Assembly: GCA_964531715.1 (NCBI GenBank) | Contig: CAZHEE010000002.1 | Span: forward strand, 97,676-161,675 | Reading direction: 5' to 3' | From: an uncultured Micavibrio sp. | GTDB taxonomy: Bacteria > Pseudomonadota > Alphaproteobacteria > Micavibrionales > UBA1664 | DNA: 64,000 nt | Shown here: piece by piece, positions 27,134 to 38,365 of the stretch | How the letters are laid out: the number at the start of each line of letters is the position of its first letter | Numbering within the stretch: position 1 is the stretch's first letter | The notes under the pieces: generated by a model | Told to the model about the DNA's origin: nothing | Database searches by the model: none | What the model saw: the letters and a program-made list of their open reading frames with translations, nothing else | Position numbers and translations under genes: made by a program

Positions 27134-28600
27134 ATGACAAATATTCGCGATTACTTCAAGCTTATAATCATTTTACCGCTTTTGACCCTTGCCGCTTGTT
27201 CGACCAATCCGGCAACTGGACGTAGCCAATTTACAGCCCTCTTACCGGCCTCACAGGAAGCGAGCATCGGTGCGCAGGAGCATGAAAAAATCCTTAAGCA
27301 ATATGGCGGCGCGATTAAAAACAGAAAAATTACGGATTATGTGACACGCATCGGCAATAAAATTGTCCCGTTTACGGAGCGCGATGATGTTACCTACACT
27401 TTCACGGTTCTGGACAGCCCGATTGTCAACGCCTTTGCCCTGCCGGGCGGATATGTTTATGTGACGAGGGGTTTGATGACCCTTGCCAATAACGAGGCCG
27501 AACTTGCCGCAGTCATCGCACATGAAATCGGCCATGTGACTGCAAGGCATTCGGCGGAACGCTATAGCCGCTCTATTTTGACTGGACTTGGTGCAAATGT
27601 CCTCGCCGCGACAATTGATGTGAGTGGTGCGTCTCAAGCCCTCGGCGTTGGCGCCAATCTTTATTTAAGTTCTTACTCCCGCTCACAAGAACATGAGGCG
27701 GATGATCTGGGCGTGCGTTATTTGGCGCGCGCGGGCTATAACCCTGATGCGATGAGTGACTTTTTACGATCGCTAGAGGCTTCATCAGAGCTTGAGGCGC
27801 GACGTCTCGGGGTTCAAAGCTCTGCGATTGACAGTTATTTCTCAACCCACCCCGTGACTGCGGAACGCGTGCAACGCGCGGCACAGGCCGCCAATCAATA
27901 TCCCGAGAATGCGAATGAGACAAATCGCCTTGATTATCTTCGCATGATTAATGGCATGGAGGTCGGTGACGGTTCCGCCCAAGGGTTTGAGGATAAAGGC
28001 TATTTCGTTCACCCTGAACTCGGCTTTATTTATAAAATCCCGCAAGGCTTTAAGACAGATAACCGCCCTAATGCCGTTATCTCCCAAGGTCGTGACGGTG
28101 CGCTTGTCTTTACCGCAGCAGCAAAAAAGCCAAATCAATCGATTGAAAATTATTTGCGGATGGGCGTGATGAAGGGTGACATGTCCAATGCCCGCGATTT
28201 CGGCACAAACCTTATTAACGGCTTTAATACGGCCAGTGTAGAAGTATCGGGAACGGTGAATAACAAGCCCGGGAACATGCGCCTTGTCGCGATTGAATGG
28301 GATGCGGATACGGTCTATCAATTTGCAATTGCCATACCGCGGGGAACATCCAATGCGGAAATTGAAGCCATGCAGGCCAGTGTTTTTTCCTTCAATCGTT
28401 TAACAAACGCACAAAGAAACCGTTTTACACCTAAAACACTCGCACTGAAAGTCGCAAAAGCGGGCGACACGCCCCAAACTATGGCGCGAGGCTTCCCCTA
28501 CGATGATAATTTCAATGTCGAACGTTTTCGCGTGCTCAATGGCCTTGAGCACGGTGAGGGGCTGCAGGTTCAAAATGTTTACAAAATCATTACGCAATAA
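27134..28600 (+). CDS. M48-family zinc metalloprotease (lipoprotein-type signal)
   Basis: 488 aa. LTLAAC lipobox, HEIGH zinc motif (AHEIGHVTARH) and a downstream E (SQEHEAD). Confidence 0.8.
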   Translation: MTNIRDYFKLIIILPLLTLAACSTNPATGRSQFTALLPASQEASIGAQEHEKILKQYGGAIKNRKITDYVTRIGNKIVPFTERDDVTYTFTVLDSPIVNAFALPGGYVYVTRGLMTLANNEAELAAVIAHEIGHVTARHSAERYSRSILTGLGANVLAATIDVSGASQALGVGANLYLSSYSRSQEHEADDLGVRYLARAGYNPDAMSDFLRSLEASSELEARRLGVQSSAIDSYFSTHPVTAERVQRAAQAANQYPENANETNRLDYLRMINGMEVGDGSAQGFEDKGYFVHPELGFIYKIPQGFKTDNRPNAVISQGRDGALVFTAAAKKPNQSIENYLRMGVMKGDMSNARDFGTNLINGFNTASVEVSGTVNNKPGNMRLVAIEWDADTVYQFAIAIPRGTSNAEIEAMQASVFSFNRLTNAQRNRFTPKTLALKVAKAGDTPQTMARGFPYDDNFNVERFRVLNGLEHGEGLQVQNVYKIITQ

Positions 28601-29755
28601 TTATCGACTGCGCAATTTGCCATTCAATATTGATTCGGCTTTATCTTTCGGTAGATTTTGATAGTAATCTAAGGCCTCCTGAAGCTTTTGAATATCTATT
28701 TTCGCGTTAGGATTAAGAATTTTATTCAGCATAAGATAAAGGCTTGTAAAACCTTGCTTGCTAAAATTATACGTCTTGCAAAATATTGCCAAACCCTCGC
28801 CATTTGTACTTTTAAACAGATGATGCATTGTTTCATGCTTAACCCTTGCCAGTTTTGAGAAGAGCGCGAGGAAAAACCCATATTCGTGACGGCGTAAAAC
28901 CTCCTGCAAAAACGGTTCATTAATGCGCCCTGCCACTTTAAATTGTTCTGCAGTTTGCAACATATCTTTTGTCGGCATGCTGACATTTCTATTGTGGATT
29001 GTGGATCTGAAATCACTTCTGATTTGCCCTAAGACTTTTTTGGCTGCTTCTGAAGATTGGACGTGTGCCGGTAGAAAATTATAGTCTGTTTTTTTCATCA
29101 GCTCGTCACTGACATGGTCATGAACAATATTTACCACTTTTCTAGATAAATTATCCGAAGTCTCATCATGGAGTGAGCCATAAAGATGCCTAATTTTTTG
29201 AACAAGCTCTTGACCTAAAGATAATGTATCATTCATGAGCACATTTCTAATTGTTCCCTCATCTTGCTTGCGCACGAGTGCCGATACAACTGTTTCATTC
29301 AGTTTCGGACGGCGAGCAATTACACGCCAATGCTCTTTACCTTTTGACTGGATAATATAGATCATATCCTGATCGGTCAGTTGCGGCGAATTAAGCAAAA
29401 ACGGCTCGGCAATATTAATTTTTTCATAAGCCATATAATGTAGCAGTGTAGGGTCAAGGTCATCTCTCAATGAAAGGCGTTCAACTAAGCTCCGCTGAAT
29501 ATCCGCGCGAACATGTTTAACAATCCCGATTATAATACGTGTAATCGCAGGACGATCGCTTTCTTTAATTTTAACATTAAGAAGACTGATGACTGATTCC
29601 TCTATAGTTTTTAACTTCTCAGCAGAAAAATCATTATCATACTGGTAGGCCGCGAGACCATCATGAAGCGTTACTAATATAGAGTCGTAATGCACATTTT
29701 GTGGTGTTGTTGAATTATTGTTTAAATACACTTTTTTTATCCCTTTTACCTTCAA
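28601..29755 (-). CDS. DUF2336-like helical-repeat protein
   Basis: 384 aa. Pattern PFLLNSPQLTDQDMIYIIQSKGKEHWRVIARRPKLNETVVSALV resembles the alphaproteobacterial DUF2336 family. Confidence 0.5.
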   Translation of the reverse strand: MKVKGIKKVYLNNNSTTPQNVHYDSILVTLHDGLAAYQYDNDFSAEKLKTIEESVISLLNVKIKESDRPAITRIIIGIVKHVRADIQRSLVERLSLRDDLDPTLLHYMAYEKINIAEPFLLNSPQLTDQDMIYIIQSKGKEHWRVIARRPKLNETVVSALVRKQDEGTIRNVLMNDTLSLGQELVQKIRHLYGSLHDETSDNLSRKVVNIVHDHVSDELMKKTDYNFLPAHVQSSEAAKKVLGQIRSDFRSTIHNRNVSMPTKDMLQTAEQFKVAGRINEPFLQEVLRRHEYGFFLALFSKLARVKHETMHHLFKSTNGEGLAIFCKTYNFSKQGFTSLYLMLNKILNPNAKIDIQKLQEALDYYQNLPKDKAESILNGKLRSR

Positions 29756-29916
29756 CCATTATCATAATGTTAAACCCTTACAATTTGGTTAAAATTTAAA
29801 TTAATTTCTTTCAAACATTTCTGTTTATAAATTTAGGGATAGCTTTACTTTTTATTTACCTGCATCCACTATTCTGGGATACAATTATAAAAAAAGTATT
29901 TAGGGACTATTGAACC

Positions 29917-30162
29917 ATGCAAATTAATCCGTTTATCCAGCCATTGCCAGCCCGCGTGCAGGAAAATGTTCAGCAAAATGCGGATCAGAATTTGCGCAAC
30001 AGCTCTTCCGGTAAACAAAGAACTGAATTATCAGAAACTAGCCAAAACGAAACGGCGAATTTTCAAAAGCTAGCCCAAAATATACTTGAACAACGCGCAT
30101 CGGGTGAGGTCACACAAAAACCGGCTATCGAACGCGGGCAAGTACTCAACATTCTTGTTTGA
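29917..30162 (+). CDS. Hypothetical small Gln/Asn-rich protein
   Basis: 81-aa ORF in a long intergenic gap. Weak RBS and no recognisable motif. Confidence 0.3.
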   Translation: MQINPFIQPLPARVQENVQQNADQNLRNSSSGKQRTELSETSQNETANFQKLAQNILEQRASGEVTQKPAIERGQVLNILV

Positions 30163-30182
30163 TTTATAAATAAAAAACATAT

Positions 30183-31625
30183 GTGACACATACTAAAGTT
30201 TTGTATAAAACTTTAAATGTGAATGAAGAATCTTTAACTGCCGAATTGAATAAGTCATCCAATCCGCAAATGGCGGATAGTTTTACCGATGATGATATTC
30301 GCGTCATTACCGACGCTCTCCATGATGAGCGGGCATCAGAGGTTCAATCGCTTGTCGATGATTTGTCCGTCACGCAATCGGCGGAATTGCTCGAAAAAAT
30401 TATCCCTGATGATAGGGCAACTTTAATAGAGAATTATCTCGCACATTTTGATGCCGAGACTTTTGTCGAGCTGGATAACGATGTACGCCGTTCCATTTTG
30501 GAGGCGATGGAGCCGATAACGGTCGCGACAATCATTTCGGAACTTGATTCCGATGATGCGGTTGAGATGATTGAGAAGCTCGACCCGATTTTCCAAAAGC
30601 AGATTATTAAAAAGCTTTCGGCAAAAAACAGGGCAACGATTGAAGAAGGCCTGACCTATCCCGAAGAATCTGCCGGCCGCTTGATGCAGCGTGAATTTGT
30701 TGCCATTCCGCAATTTTGGACGGTCGGAAAAACCATTGATTACCTTCGTGCCGCCGCCGAAGAACTCCCTTACGAGTTTTTCGATATTTTTGTTATAGAC
30801 CCGCTTTATCACGTTGTCGGGGAACTGCCGCTTAATCAGATTATCCGCTCAAAACGCTCTGTTAAAATTTCGGATTTGCTGGAAGGGCGCGAAATTCACT
30901 ATATTGATGCGACAATGGATCAGGAAGATGTCGCGCGTATCTTTCAGGATAAAAACATGACATCTGCGCCTGTGGTGGATAATAACCATCGCCTGATCGG
31001 TGTCATAACGTTTGATGATATTCATGATGTTATCGACCGCGAGGCTCAGGAAGATATCTTGCGTTTGGCAGGGGTTTCGACCAGCGGGTCGGACATGTAT
31101 CGCGATATTCTGAACACAACAAAATCACGCTTTACATGGCTCTCGGTTAATTTGTTGACAGCTATTTTAGCCTCGCTCGTCATAGGCTTATTCGATGCAA
31201 CGATTGAGCAGATTGTCGCCCTTGCCGTTCTGATGCCGATTGTCGCCTCAATGGGAGGGAACGCAGGGACTCAAACGCTGACCATTACTGTGCGCGCGCT
31301 TGCAACCAAGGCTCTTTCCCGCACCAATATGATGCGAATGATCGGTAAGGAAACTTTTGTCGGCTTTTTAAACGGTTTAGCTTTCGCGTTTATTATCGGC
31401 GCTGTCACTTATTTCTGGTTTGACAGTAGCCTGCTTTCGGTTGTGATAGCCGTTGCCATGGTAATTAATCTCATCATTGCAGGGTTATTCGGTATCGTCA
31501 TTCCGATTATTCTTGATAGGATCGGGATTGATCCCGCCCTCGCCTCATCAGTTTTTCTTACAACTGTGACAGATGTTGTCGGCTTTTTTGCTTTTCTAGG
31601 TTTAGCGGCAATAGTTTTGATTTAA
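30183..31625 (+). CDS. mgtE: Magnesium transporter MgtE
   Basis: 480 aa. N-domain, tandem CBS (EIHYIDATMDQEDVARIF, NHRLIGVITFDDI) and a C-terminal 5-TM domain with MPIVASMGGNAGTQ. GTG start; an alternative start is possible. Confidence 0.9.
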   Translation: MTHTKVLYKTLNVNEESLTAELNKSSNPQMADSFTDDDIRVITDALHDERASEVQSLVDDLSVTQSAELLEKIIPDDRATLIENYLAHFDAETFVELDNDVRRSILEAMEPITVATIISELDSDDAVEMIEKLDPIFQKQIIKKLSAKNRATIEEGLTYPEESAGRLMQREFVAIPQFWTVGKTIDYLRAAAEELPYEFFDIFVIDPLYHVVGELPLNQIIRSKRSVKISDLLEGREIHYIDATMDQEDVARIFQDKNMTSAPVVDNNHRLIGVITFDDIHDVIDREAQEDILRLAGVSTSGSDMYRDILNTTKSRFTWLSVNLLTAILASLVIGLFDATIEQIVALAVLMPIVASMGGNAGTQTLTITVRALATKALSRTNMMRMIGKETFVGFLNGLAFAFIIGAVTYFWFDSSLLSVVIAVAMVINLIIAGLFGIVIPIILDRIGIDPALASSVFLTTVTDVVGFFAFLGLAAIVLI

Positions 31626-31637
31626 ATTTATTCCCAC

Positions 31638-31728
31638 CGTCATTGCGAGAAGCGGAGCGACGAAGCAATCCATACAGTCTCTAACATCTTATGGATTGCC
31701 GCGGTCGCGTTGCTCCCTCGCAATGACA
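31638..31728. repeat. Palindromic element family B, copy 1 (91 bp) between convergent mgtE and pcm
   Basis: CGTCATTGCGAG..GCAATCCATA-(centre)-TATGGATTGC..CTCGCAATGACA. Each arm is itself an ATTGC...GCAAT hairpin. Confidence 0.8.
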
Positions 31729-31738
31729 ACCTTAAAAA

Positions 31739-32449
31739 CTACGCAAAAGCATTCATTTGATTGAATTCTGGGTCAATATCTTTTGTTTCCTCTGCAATTT
31801 CAGGCAGCAATGGAACAAAGCGCACTGAAAATAAGGCTTCACGCTCAAACTTATCCTCGCTTATACGCGTGATTTTAATCAGCGTTTGGTCAATATCATC
31901 CTTGCCGATCGGCGCAATCATAACGCCCCCGACCCTTAATTGATGAAGCAAACCGTCGGGAATATCACCATGCGCGGCGGCCGTCACAATAATGCGGTCA
32001 AAGGGGGCCTGATGTTCCCACCCTTTCATACCGTCACCATTCACGGCCGTAATGTTACGCAAACGCATTTCGGCAAAACGCCCTTCCGCTTGGTTTAAAA
32101 GCGGTTTATGCCGTTCAATCGTATAAAGCCTGCGGCAGAGTTTTGAGAGGATTGCCGCCTGATAACCTGAGCCTGTTCCAACCTCCAATATTTTACAGCG
32201 GTCATTAATCCCTAGCGATTGCGTCATGGTCGCAACGACCAGAGGCTGTGAAATTGTTTGCCCCAAACCAATCGGTAAAGCCATATCTTCATAGGCTTGC
32301 GAATGAAAAGCGGCCGGAATAAAAACTTCCCGTGGTATCGTCTCAATCGCCTCTAAAGTCCGCGCACATATAATGCCGCGACGACGCAAATGCATCAGCA
32401 AGCGAATTTTCTGCGCCTGCAACCCTGTCAAATTATCACTGAAGCTCAT
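31739..32449 (-). CDS. pcm: Protein-L-isoaspartate O-methyltransferase
   Basis: 236 aa: QTISQPLVVA and the SAM motif ILEVGTGSGYQAA. Confidence 0.85.
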   Translation of the reverse strand: MSFSDNLTGLQAQKIRLLMHLRRRGIICARTLEAIETIPREVFIPAAFHSQAYEDMALPIGLGQTISQPLVVATMTQSLGINDRCKILEVGTGSGYQAAILSKLCRRLYTIERHKPLLNQAEGRFAEMRLRNITAVNGDGMKGWEHQAPFDRIIVTAAAHGDIPDGLLHQLRVGGVMIAPIGKDDIDQTLIKITRISEDKFEREALFSVRFVPLLPEIAEETKDIDPEFNQMNAFA

Positions 32450-32567
32450 AGGATATAGTATGTGTGCTTCGTAATGCTATCGCAAGATAGCTTCATTGCT
32501 TTATTTACCGCTTGCATTTCACGGCTCCATCCGATAAAAAGCTTCAATTATCTTTTTCGATGATTTT

Positions 32568-32644
32568 GCGCCCGTAGCTCAACTGGATAGAGCGTCTGAC
32601 TACGGATCAGGAGGTTGAGGGTTCGAATCCTTCCGGGCGCGCCA
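32568..32644 (+). tRNA. tRNA-Arg (anticodon ACG)
   Basis: 77 nt. Acceptor GCGCCCG/CGGGCGC, anticodon stem TCTGA/TCAGG, loop CTACGGA, T loop TTCGAAT, encoded CCA. Confidence 0.9.
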
Positions 32645-32928
32645 GTATTTATAATAGTTTTCATTGTTTTTCTTTTCATTTTTTATCCTTATAGTTTTCC
32701 AATAACAATCTGTGCTTTAAGATCAAGGTTTAATGCATCGAAAAACAAGAAGATTATTATATGTCCAGCATTACCGATAATATTGAATAGGTTAATTTAA
32801 GACTAGTTTGAAAATCCTAAATCTTATTGTTTAATTAGAGTAAAAATTTTTGAACATTAGCAAACTAAAAGATGCTTTGAATGCTTTTATTTTTTGCAAA
32901 AGTAAAAGAAGCCCTTTAGGCTTTACTG

Positions 32929-34002
32929 ATGGCTGATGACAGTACAGACGACTCCCAGAAGACCGAGGAACCAACGGCAAAAAAATTGGAGGAATCGCGC
33001 AAGAAAGGTGACGTTCCCCTTAGCCGTGAGATGAATCACTGGGTCATGCTTCTTGCCGGCACCATTCTTATTATCGCGCTTGCCGGCCCGATGATGAGCG
33101 CGATGAGCGAGACGATGAAGCTCCTCATTAAAAATTCGTGGCAACTTCATGGCGCGAGTGGCGGAATAGGTCGTGTTCTCTCCGCGCTTTTTACCGATGT
33201 GATGATAGCTTTACTGTTGCCGGTTTTATTTTTGATTATTGCCGCTATCTTAGGACCTTTTATTCAGGTCGGACCATTATTCGCGCCTGAAAGTATCCAA
33301 CCCAAACTTAGCAAGATTTCAGTAATTAAAGGCTTCGGGCGATTATTCTCGCTCCGCTCAATCTTTGAATTTCTCAAAGGGATTTTGAAAATTTGCCTGA
33401 TTGGCGCGATCAGTTTTATTTTGCTCTATCCGTTTTTTGATACGATTGACCATCTGGTCGGACTGCCGATTCCTTATATGATGGAGGAAATGCGGGTGAT
33501 GTTTTTCCGCATGATGGCGGGTGTTCTGGTCGTTCTGTTTATTCTGGCGGTGATGGATGTTGTTTATCAACGCATGGAACATATGAAAAAGATGCGGATG
33601 TCGCGGCAGGAAATCAAGGATGAACATAAACAAACCGAGGGTGATCCTCAGGTTCGCGCAAGGCTCAGGCAACTGCGCATGCAAAGGGCGCAACAACGGA
33701 TGATTCAAAATGTGCCGAACGCGGATGTTGTCATTACCAACCCGACCCACTTCGCGATTGCCTTGCAATATGACCCTGAAACCATGGATGCGCCGGTCTG
33801 TATTGCTAAGGGTGTCGATGAAGTCGCCGCGCGTATTCGCGAGGTTGCAAAAGATAATGATATTCAGCTTGTCGAGAATAAACTGCTCGCCCGTGCACTC
33901 TTTGACACGGTTGAGATTGATGACGTTATCCCGATTGAACATTATCAGGCCGTCGCCGAGATTATTTCCTATGTGTTTAATTTGAGAAAAGGGAAACAAT
34001 AA
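32929..34002 (+). CDS. flhB: Flagellar export apparatus protein FlhB
   Basis: 357 aa. N-terminus KTEEPTAKKLEESRKKGDVPLSRE, four TM segments, autocleavage motif NPTH (VVITNPTHFAIAL). Confidence 0.9.
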   Translation: MADDSTDDSQKTEEPTAKKLEESRKKGDVPLSREMNHWVMLLAGTILIIALAGPMMSAMSETMKLLIKNSWQLHGASGGIGRVLSALFTDVMIALLLPVLFLIIAAILGPFIQVGPLFAPESIQPKLSKISVIKGFGRLFSLRSIFEFLKGILKICLIGAISFILLYPFFDTIDHLVGLPIPYMMEEMRVMFFRMMAGVLVVLFILAVMDVVYQRMEHMKKMRMSRQEIKDEHKQTEGDPQVRARLRQLRMQRAQQRMIQNVPNADVVITNPTHFAIALQYDPETMDAPVCIAKGVDEVAARIREVAKDNDIQLVENKLLARALFDTVEIDDVIPIEHYQAVAEIISYVFNLRKGKQ

Positions 34003-34077
34003 GGCGTGTCATAACGATTTAGCCTGGTTCACAAATTAACACTATGGCTTTGAAGCGGTTTTGCTATCATAGAGGCC

Positions 34078-36465
34078 ATGAGCGATAGCGACACTTTATT
34101 CACTTTTATATTCGGGAATGGGATGAGCTTGCTTATCATACTTATAAGTGTTGCTATTATAAGCTTACTCGCGCTTGGGTATTTCTCCCTCCTGTTTAAA
34201 AAACATCTGCGTGACCGCGATATTTTAAAGGAAGTTTTTGAGGGCTCGGCCTCCGCGCGGCTTGTCACCGATATTCAGGATAAACCACTCTTTTACAATC
34301 TTGCCTTTGAAGATCTCTGCGGCAAAGATATTAGGCCGAATTTAAACTGTATTCGCGCCATTTTCTCACAAGGACAGGATGAAGATACTATCGGGCGGCT
34401 TGAGGCTCTCATCCAAAATGCCATGCGCGGACATGAAGATGCGATGGAGGCGGCAACCACGAATGAGAGTGGCGAAGTAAAATGGTACCGCCTGTCCGCA
34501 CAACCTGTGGCAGGATGGCTTGGCACTATTCATTGGCGGCTGGATGATATTACGGATCGCCGTTCGGTTGATACGGTCATTCGGGAGGAGCGTGAAAAGC
34601 TTATTGATTTTACCGATCATGCACCTGTCGGTTTTTATGCCATGAATGAACATGGGCGGTTTACTTTCATAAATGCAACGCTTGCGCGGTGGTTAGGGAG
34701 TGATATTGACGGCTTATTAAATGGTGGAAACCTGCATGCCTATCTGGTCGAACCGCCGAAAAATGCCGCGCCTTATGATATTAAGCCTGAAGGTGGCGCA
34801 CGGCAAGTTTGCGAACTGGATATTAAAGGCCCTGCAGGTCGCATTTTTACGGCCTCAATCAATCAGTCGGTTGTAATGGAATCAGATGGCGCGGTGCGCG
34901 TCCGTGGCGTCGTCCATGATTTAACGGCAGAACGCGAAATGACTAAAGCTCTCCGCGCATCCGAAGACCGCTTCCGAAGATTTTTTGAGGAAGCCCCGCT
35001 CGGCATTGCCCTGGTTGATGAAAACAGCCTGATCACGGATGCTAACTCTGTTCTCTATACAATGCTGAAGGCCGAAGAGGGTACGATTGAAGGTCGATCA
35101 TTCCCTGATTATGTTATCCAACAGGAACAGGAAAAAATCAAAACCCTGTTAAGTGATGTAAAGCACAAGCGCATTACATCCGAACCTGTGGATGTTGATT
35201 TGCTCACTGCCGATGGTTCGGAAGACAAACAGTCGGTCAAGCTTTATGCCTCCCCCCTTCGCGGTAATAATGTTGCCATACGCCTGTTTGACCGATCGGA
35301 GCAAAAAACGCTTGAGGCTCAGGTTAATCAATCCCAAAAGATGCAGGCGGTCGGGCAGCTGGCCGGCGGTATCGCCCATGACTTTAACAATCTCCTCACC
35401 GCGATGATTGGTTTTTGTGATCTCCTCTTGCTCCGTCATAAGGCTGGCGACCCATCATTTAATGATATTATGCAGATTAAGCAGAATTCCAACCGTGCCG
35501 CGAATCTGGTACGGCAGCTCCTCGCTTTTTCAAGGCAACAGCAATTAAACCCGAAAGTGATTGATGTGACTGAAATTCTGACCGAATTATCGCATCTGAT
35601 CCGCCGCCTGATCGGTGTTCAAATCGAGCTTGATTTGGTTTATGCATCTGATTTATTCGACGTGAAAGTCGATGAAGGTCAGTTTGAGCAAGTCCTGATT
35701 AACCTTGCCGTCAATGCCCGTGATGCCATGGACGGGCGCGGTAACCTCGAAATTAAAACAGAAAATCTGAGCCTCGATAAACCGCGGCAAATGATGAATG
35801 ACGTCATGCCGCACGGCGACTGGGTTGCAATTCATGTCAAAGATACTGGTTCAGGCATCGCGCCCGATACATTAGAACGGATTTTTGAGCCTTTCTTTAC
35901 AACCAAAAAAATTGGTGAGGGAACGGGTCTTGGCCTTGCAACCGTCTACGGTATTGTGCGCCAGACCGGCGGCTATATCAATGTGCAGAGTATAGAAGGT
36001 GAAGGCACAATTTTTAGTGTTTACCTCCCACGCCATAGTGAAAATAAACAGCCTGTTGCCGTTACGAAAGACATCAAAACCGAAGCCATCCAACAGGATT
36101 TAACAGGGACGGCGACTATATTATTGGTCGAGGATGAAGATGCGGTGCGCGTGTTTTCCGCCCGCGCCTTATCCAATAAAGGCTATCAGGTTTTGGAGGC
36201 CAATAACGGATTAACTGCCCTGGATGTCATGGCAGAGCGTGGGGACAACATCGACCTTATCGTGACAGATGTTATCATGCCTGAAATGGATGGTCCGACA
36301 TTTGTAAAAGAGGTGGTTAAAACCAGACCCGATTTGCCCGTGATATTTGTTTCAGGCTATACCGAGGACAGATTTAAAGAAGAAATCGGTGACAATGCTT
36401 ATTTCCTACCCAAACCTTTCACGCTCCAACAACTGGCCGTAAAAGTGAAAGACGTTTTGAAGTAA
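34078..36465 (+). CDS. cckA: Hybrid sensor histidine kinase/response regulator, CckA-like
   Basis: 795 aa. N-terminal TM, PAS-like repeats, H-box [22 protein letters not shown] boxes ([18 protein letters not shown]) and a C-terminal receiver ([11 protein letters not shown]...[11 protein letters not shown]). Confidence 0.6.
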   Translation: MSDSDTLFTFIFGNGMSLLIILISVAIISLLALGYFSLLFKKHLRDRDILKEVFEGSASARLVTDIQDKPLFYNLAFEDLCGKDIRPNLNCIRAIFSQGQDEDTIGRLEALIQNAMRGHEDAMEAATTNESGEVKWYRLSAQPVAGWLGTIHWRLDDITDRRSVDTVIREEREKLIDFTDHAPVGFYAMNEHGRFTFINATLARWLGSDIDGLLNGGNLHAYLVEPPKNAAPYDIKPEGGARQVCELDIKGPAGRIFTASINQSVVMESDGAVRVRGVVHDLTAEREMTKALRASEDRFRRFFEEAPLGIALVDENSLITDANSVLYTMLKAEEGTIEGRSFPDYVIQQEQEKIKTLLSDVKHKRITSEPVDVDLLTADGSEDKQSVKLYASPLRGNNVAIRLFDRSEQKTLEAQVNQSQKMQAVGQLAGGIAHDFNNLLTAMIGFCDLLLLRHKAGDPSFNDIMQIKQNSNRAANLVRQLLAFSRQQQLNPKVIDVTEILTELSHLIRRLIGVQIELDLVYASDLFDVKVDEGQFEQVLINLAVNARDAMDGRGNLEIKTENLSLDKPRQMMNDVMPHGDWVAIHVKDTGSGIAPDTLERIFEPFFTTKKIGEGTGLGLATVYGIVRQTGGYINVQSIEGEGTIFSVYLPRHSENKQPVAVTKDIKTEAIQQDLTGTATILLVEDEDAVRVFSARALSNKGYQVLEANNGLTALDVMAERGDNIDLIVTDVIMPEMDGPTFVKEVVKTRPDLPVIFVSGYTEDRFKEEIGDNAYFLPKPFTLQQLAVKVKDVLK

Positions 36466-36516
36466 GCTTGGATTGCAGATATTCTATAGTCATAGGTAAC
36501 TAAAAAATTTTTCAAC

Positions 36517-36630
36517 CGTCATTGCGAGGGAGCCCCTGCCTTCGTAGAGGGCAGGCGTTGCGACCGCGGCAATCCATAGAACATTAAAGACTGTATGGAT
36601 TGCTTCGTCGCTCCGCTTCTCGCAAAGACG
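36517..36630. repeat. Palindromic element family B, copy 2 (114 bp, inverted relative to copy 1, with an extra internal hairpin) between convergent cckA and lpdA
   Basis: CGTCATTGCGAGGGAGC[CCCTGCCttcgtagaGGGCAGG]CGTTGCGACCGCGGCAATCCATA...TATGGATTGCTTCGTCGCTCCGCTTCTCGCAAAGACG. Confidence 0.8.
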
Positions 36631-36658
36631 AATCTTTTAGTCTCTATAAGATGGAAAG

Positions 36659-38053
36659 CTACATATGTATCGGCTTATCAAAGGCTGCGAGTGCGGCTTC
36701 TTTCACCACTTCATTTAAGGTCGGGTGGGCATGGCAAGTTCGCGCCAAATCTTCTGCCGAACCGCCAAATTCAATGACGGTGGCAATTTCATGAATGAGC
36801 GTTCCGGCCTCTGCCCCAATTATATGCGCACCTAAAATTTTATCAGTCTTCGCGTCGGTCAAAATCTTAACAAAGCCTTCCGTTGCATTCATCGCACGGG
36901 CGCGACCATTGGCGGAATAAGGAAATTTTCCGATTTTATATTTTACGCCTTTATCTTTCAAATCCTCTTCCAAATGTCCGATAGCGGCAACCTCGGGATG
37001 AGTGTAAACTACGCCTGGGATAAGGTTGTAATCGATATGCCCTGATTGCCCTGCCAACATTTCGGCGAGGACGACTCCCTCCTCCTCGGCCTTGTGCGCC
37101 AGCATCGGGCCTGCAATCACATCACCAATGGCATAGATTCCATCAATATTCGTGCCAAAAAATTCATCCGTGATGATGCGCCCGCGCTCATCTGTATCTA
37201 CGCCGACATCTTCTAACCCGAGATCATCAGTATGTGGCTTCCGCCCGACTGCAACCAGCACAATTTCAGATTTAAGTGATTCCGCCTTACCACCTTTAGC
37301 AGGCTCAATTTTGAGCGTCACACTGTCTTTGCCCGCTTTCGCCTCGACCACTTTTGAGGAGAGCTTAAAGGTCACGCCTTCTTTCTCCATAATAGTTTTC
37401 ATCTCTTTCGCGCAATCCAGATCCATGCCCGGGAGCAAGCGATCCATATACTCAACAATCGTCACTTTCGTGCCGAGGCGGCTCCACACCGTGCCAAGCT
37501 CTAACCCGATGACACCGCCACCGATAACAGTCATTGTTTTCGGCACTTTAGCAAGCTTCAACGCCCCTTCGGAGCTAACGATTCGTTTTTCATCAATCGC
37601 GATATTCGGCAGTTGAACCACGGATGACCCTGTCGCGATAATAATATTCTCCGCCTGATAGGCTTTACCATTAACCGTGACAGTGTCGCTATCGGTTATT
37701 GTGCCGAAGCCTTTGAGCCAGTCGATTTTGTTTTTCTTGAATAAAAATTCGATGCCTTTTGTATTGGCGTCAATCACGGAAACCTTATGCTTCATCATAT
37801 TTTTGAGGTTTACTTTTGGTGAAGACACATCAATGCCAAGCCCTTTAAAATCATGCACCGATTCGCGGTAGCGTTCAGAGGTATGAAGCAACGCTTTCGA
37901 AGGAATACACCCGATATTGAGGCAGGTTCCGCCCAGCGTCTCGCGAGCCTCAACACAGGCCGTTTTCATGCCCAGCTGTGCGCATTTAATGGCGCATACA
38001 TAACCGCCCGGGCCGCTTCCGATGATGATAACGTCGTAGTGAGTGTCTGCCAT
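36659..38053 (-). CDS. lpdA: Dihydrolipoyl dehydrogenase (E3)
   Basis: 464 aa: GSGPGGYVCA, redox-active GGTCLNIGCIPSK, C-terminal HAHPTLNE. Confidence 0.95.
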   Translation of the reverse strand: MADTHYDVIIIGSGPGGYVCAIKCAQLGMKTACVEARETLGGTCLNIGCIPSKALLHTSERYRESVHDFKGLGIDVSSPKVNLKNMMKHKVSVIDANTKGIEFLFKKNKIDWLKGFGTITDSDTVTVNGKAYQAENIIIATGSSVVQLPNIAIDEKRIVSSEGALKLAKVPKTMTVIGGGVIGLELGTVWSRLGTKVTIVEYMDRLLPGMDLDCAKEMKTIMEKEGVTFKLSSKVVEAKAGKDSVTLKIEPAKGGKAESLKSEIVLVAVGRKPHTDDLGLEDVGVDTDERGRIITDEFFGTNIDGIYAIGDVIAGPMLAHKAEEEGVVLAEMLAGQSGHIDYNLIPGVVYTHPEVAAIGHLEEDLKDKGVKYKIGKFPYSANGRARAMNATEGFVKILTDAKTDKILGAHIIGAEAGTLIHEIATVIEFGGSAEDLARTCHAHPTLNEVVKEAALAAFDKPIHM

Positions 38054-38365
38054 GATAAATTTCTGTCCGTAAGTTTTAATAATTTGAAATTAGGGTCTTG
38101 TTTTTTACAAGCCTGATTATTATACACGAGGATAGTTTTATTTCGAGACTGGACTTTGATTATTTTTCATTCAGACTTAATAAAATATAAATGCGAAACT
38201 TTTATTTGACTTTTCATAAAGCTTTAATATAAAGTGCCGCACAAATAATAATAACGTACACAAGGGCACAGAAATGAAAACCACCGATGTACGAGAAAGC
38301 GGACACAGAAACCGCCAACTCGATAAAAATATTCTTTTTGATAAAATGTCGCAGGATTTGATGCG

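Noticed and set aside
36595-36794. ORFs 36595..36777 and 36600..36794 on the plus strand.
   Set aside because: They start inside the family B palindrome and run antisense into the lpdA 3' end. The apparent coding capacity comes from translating the repeat.
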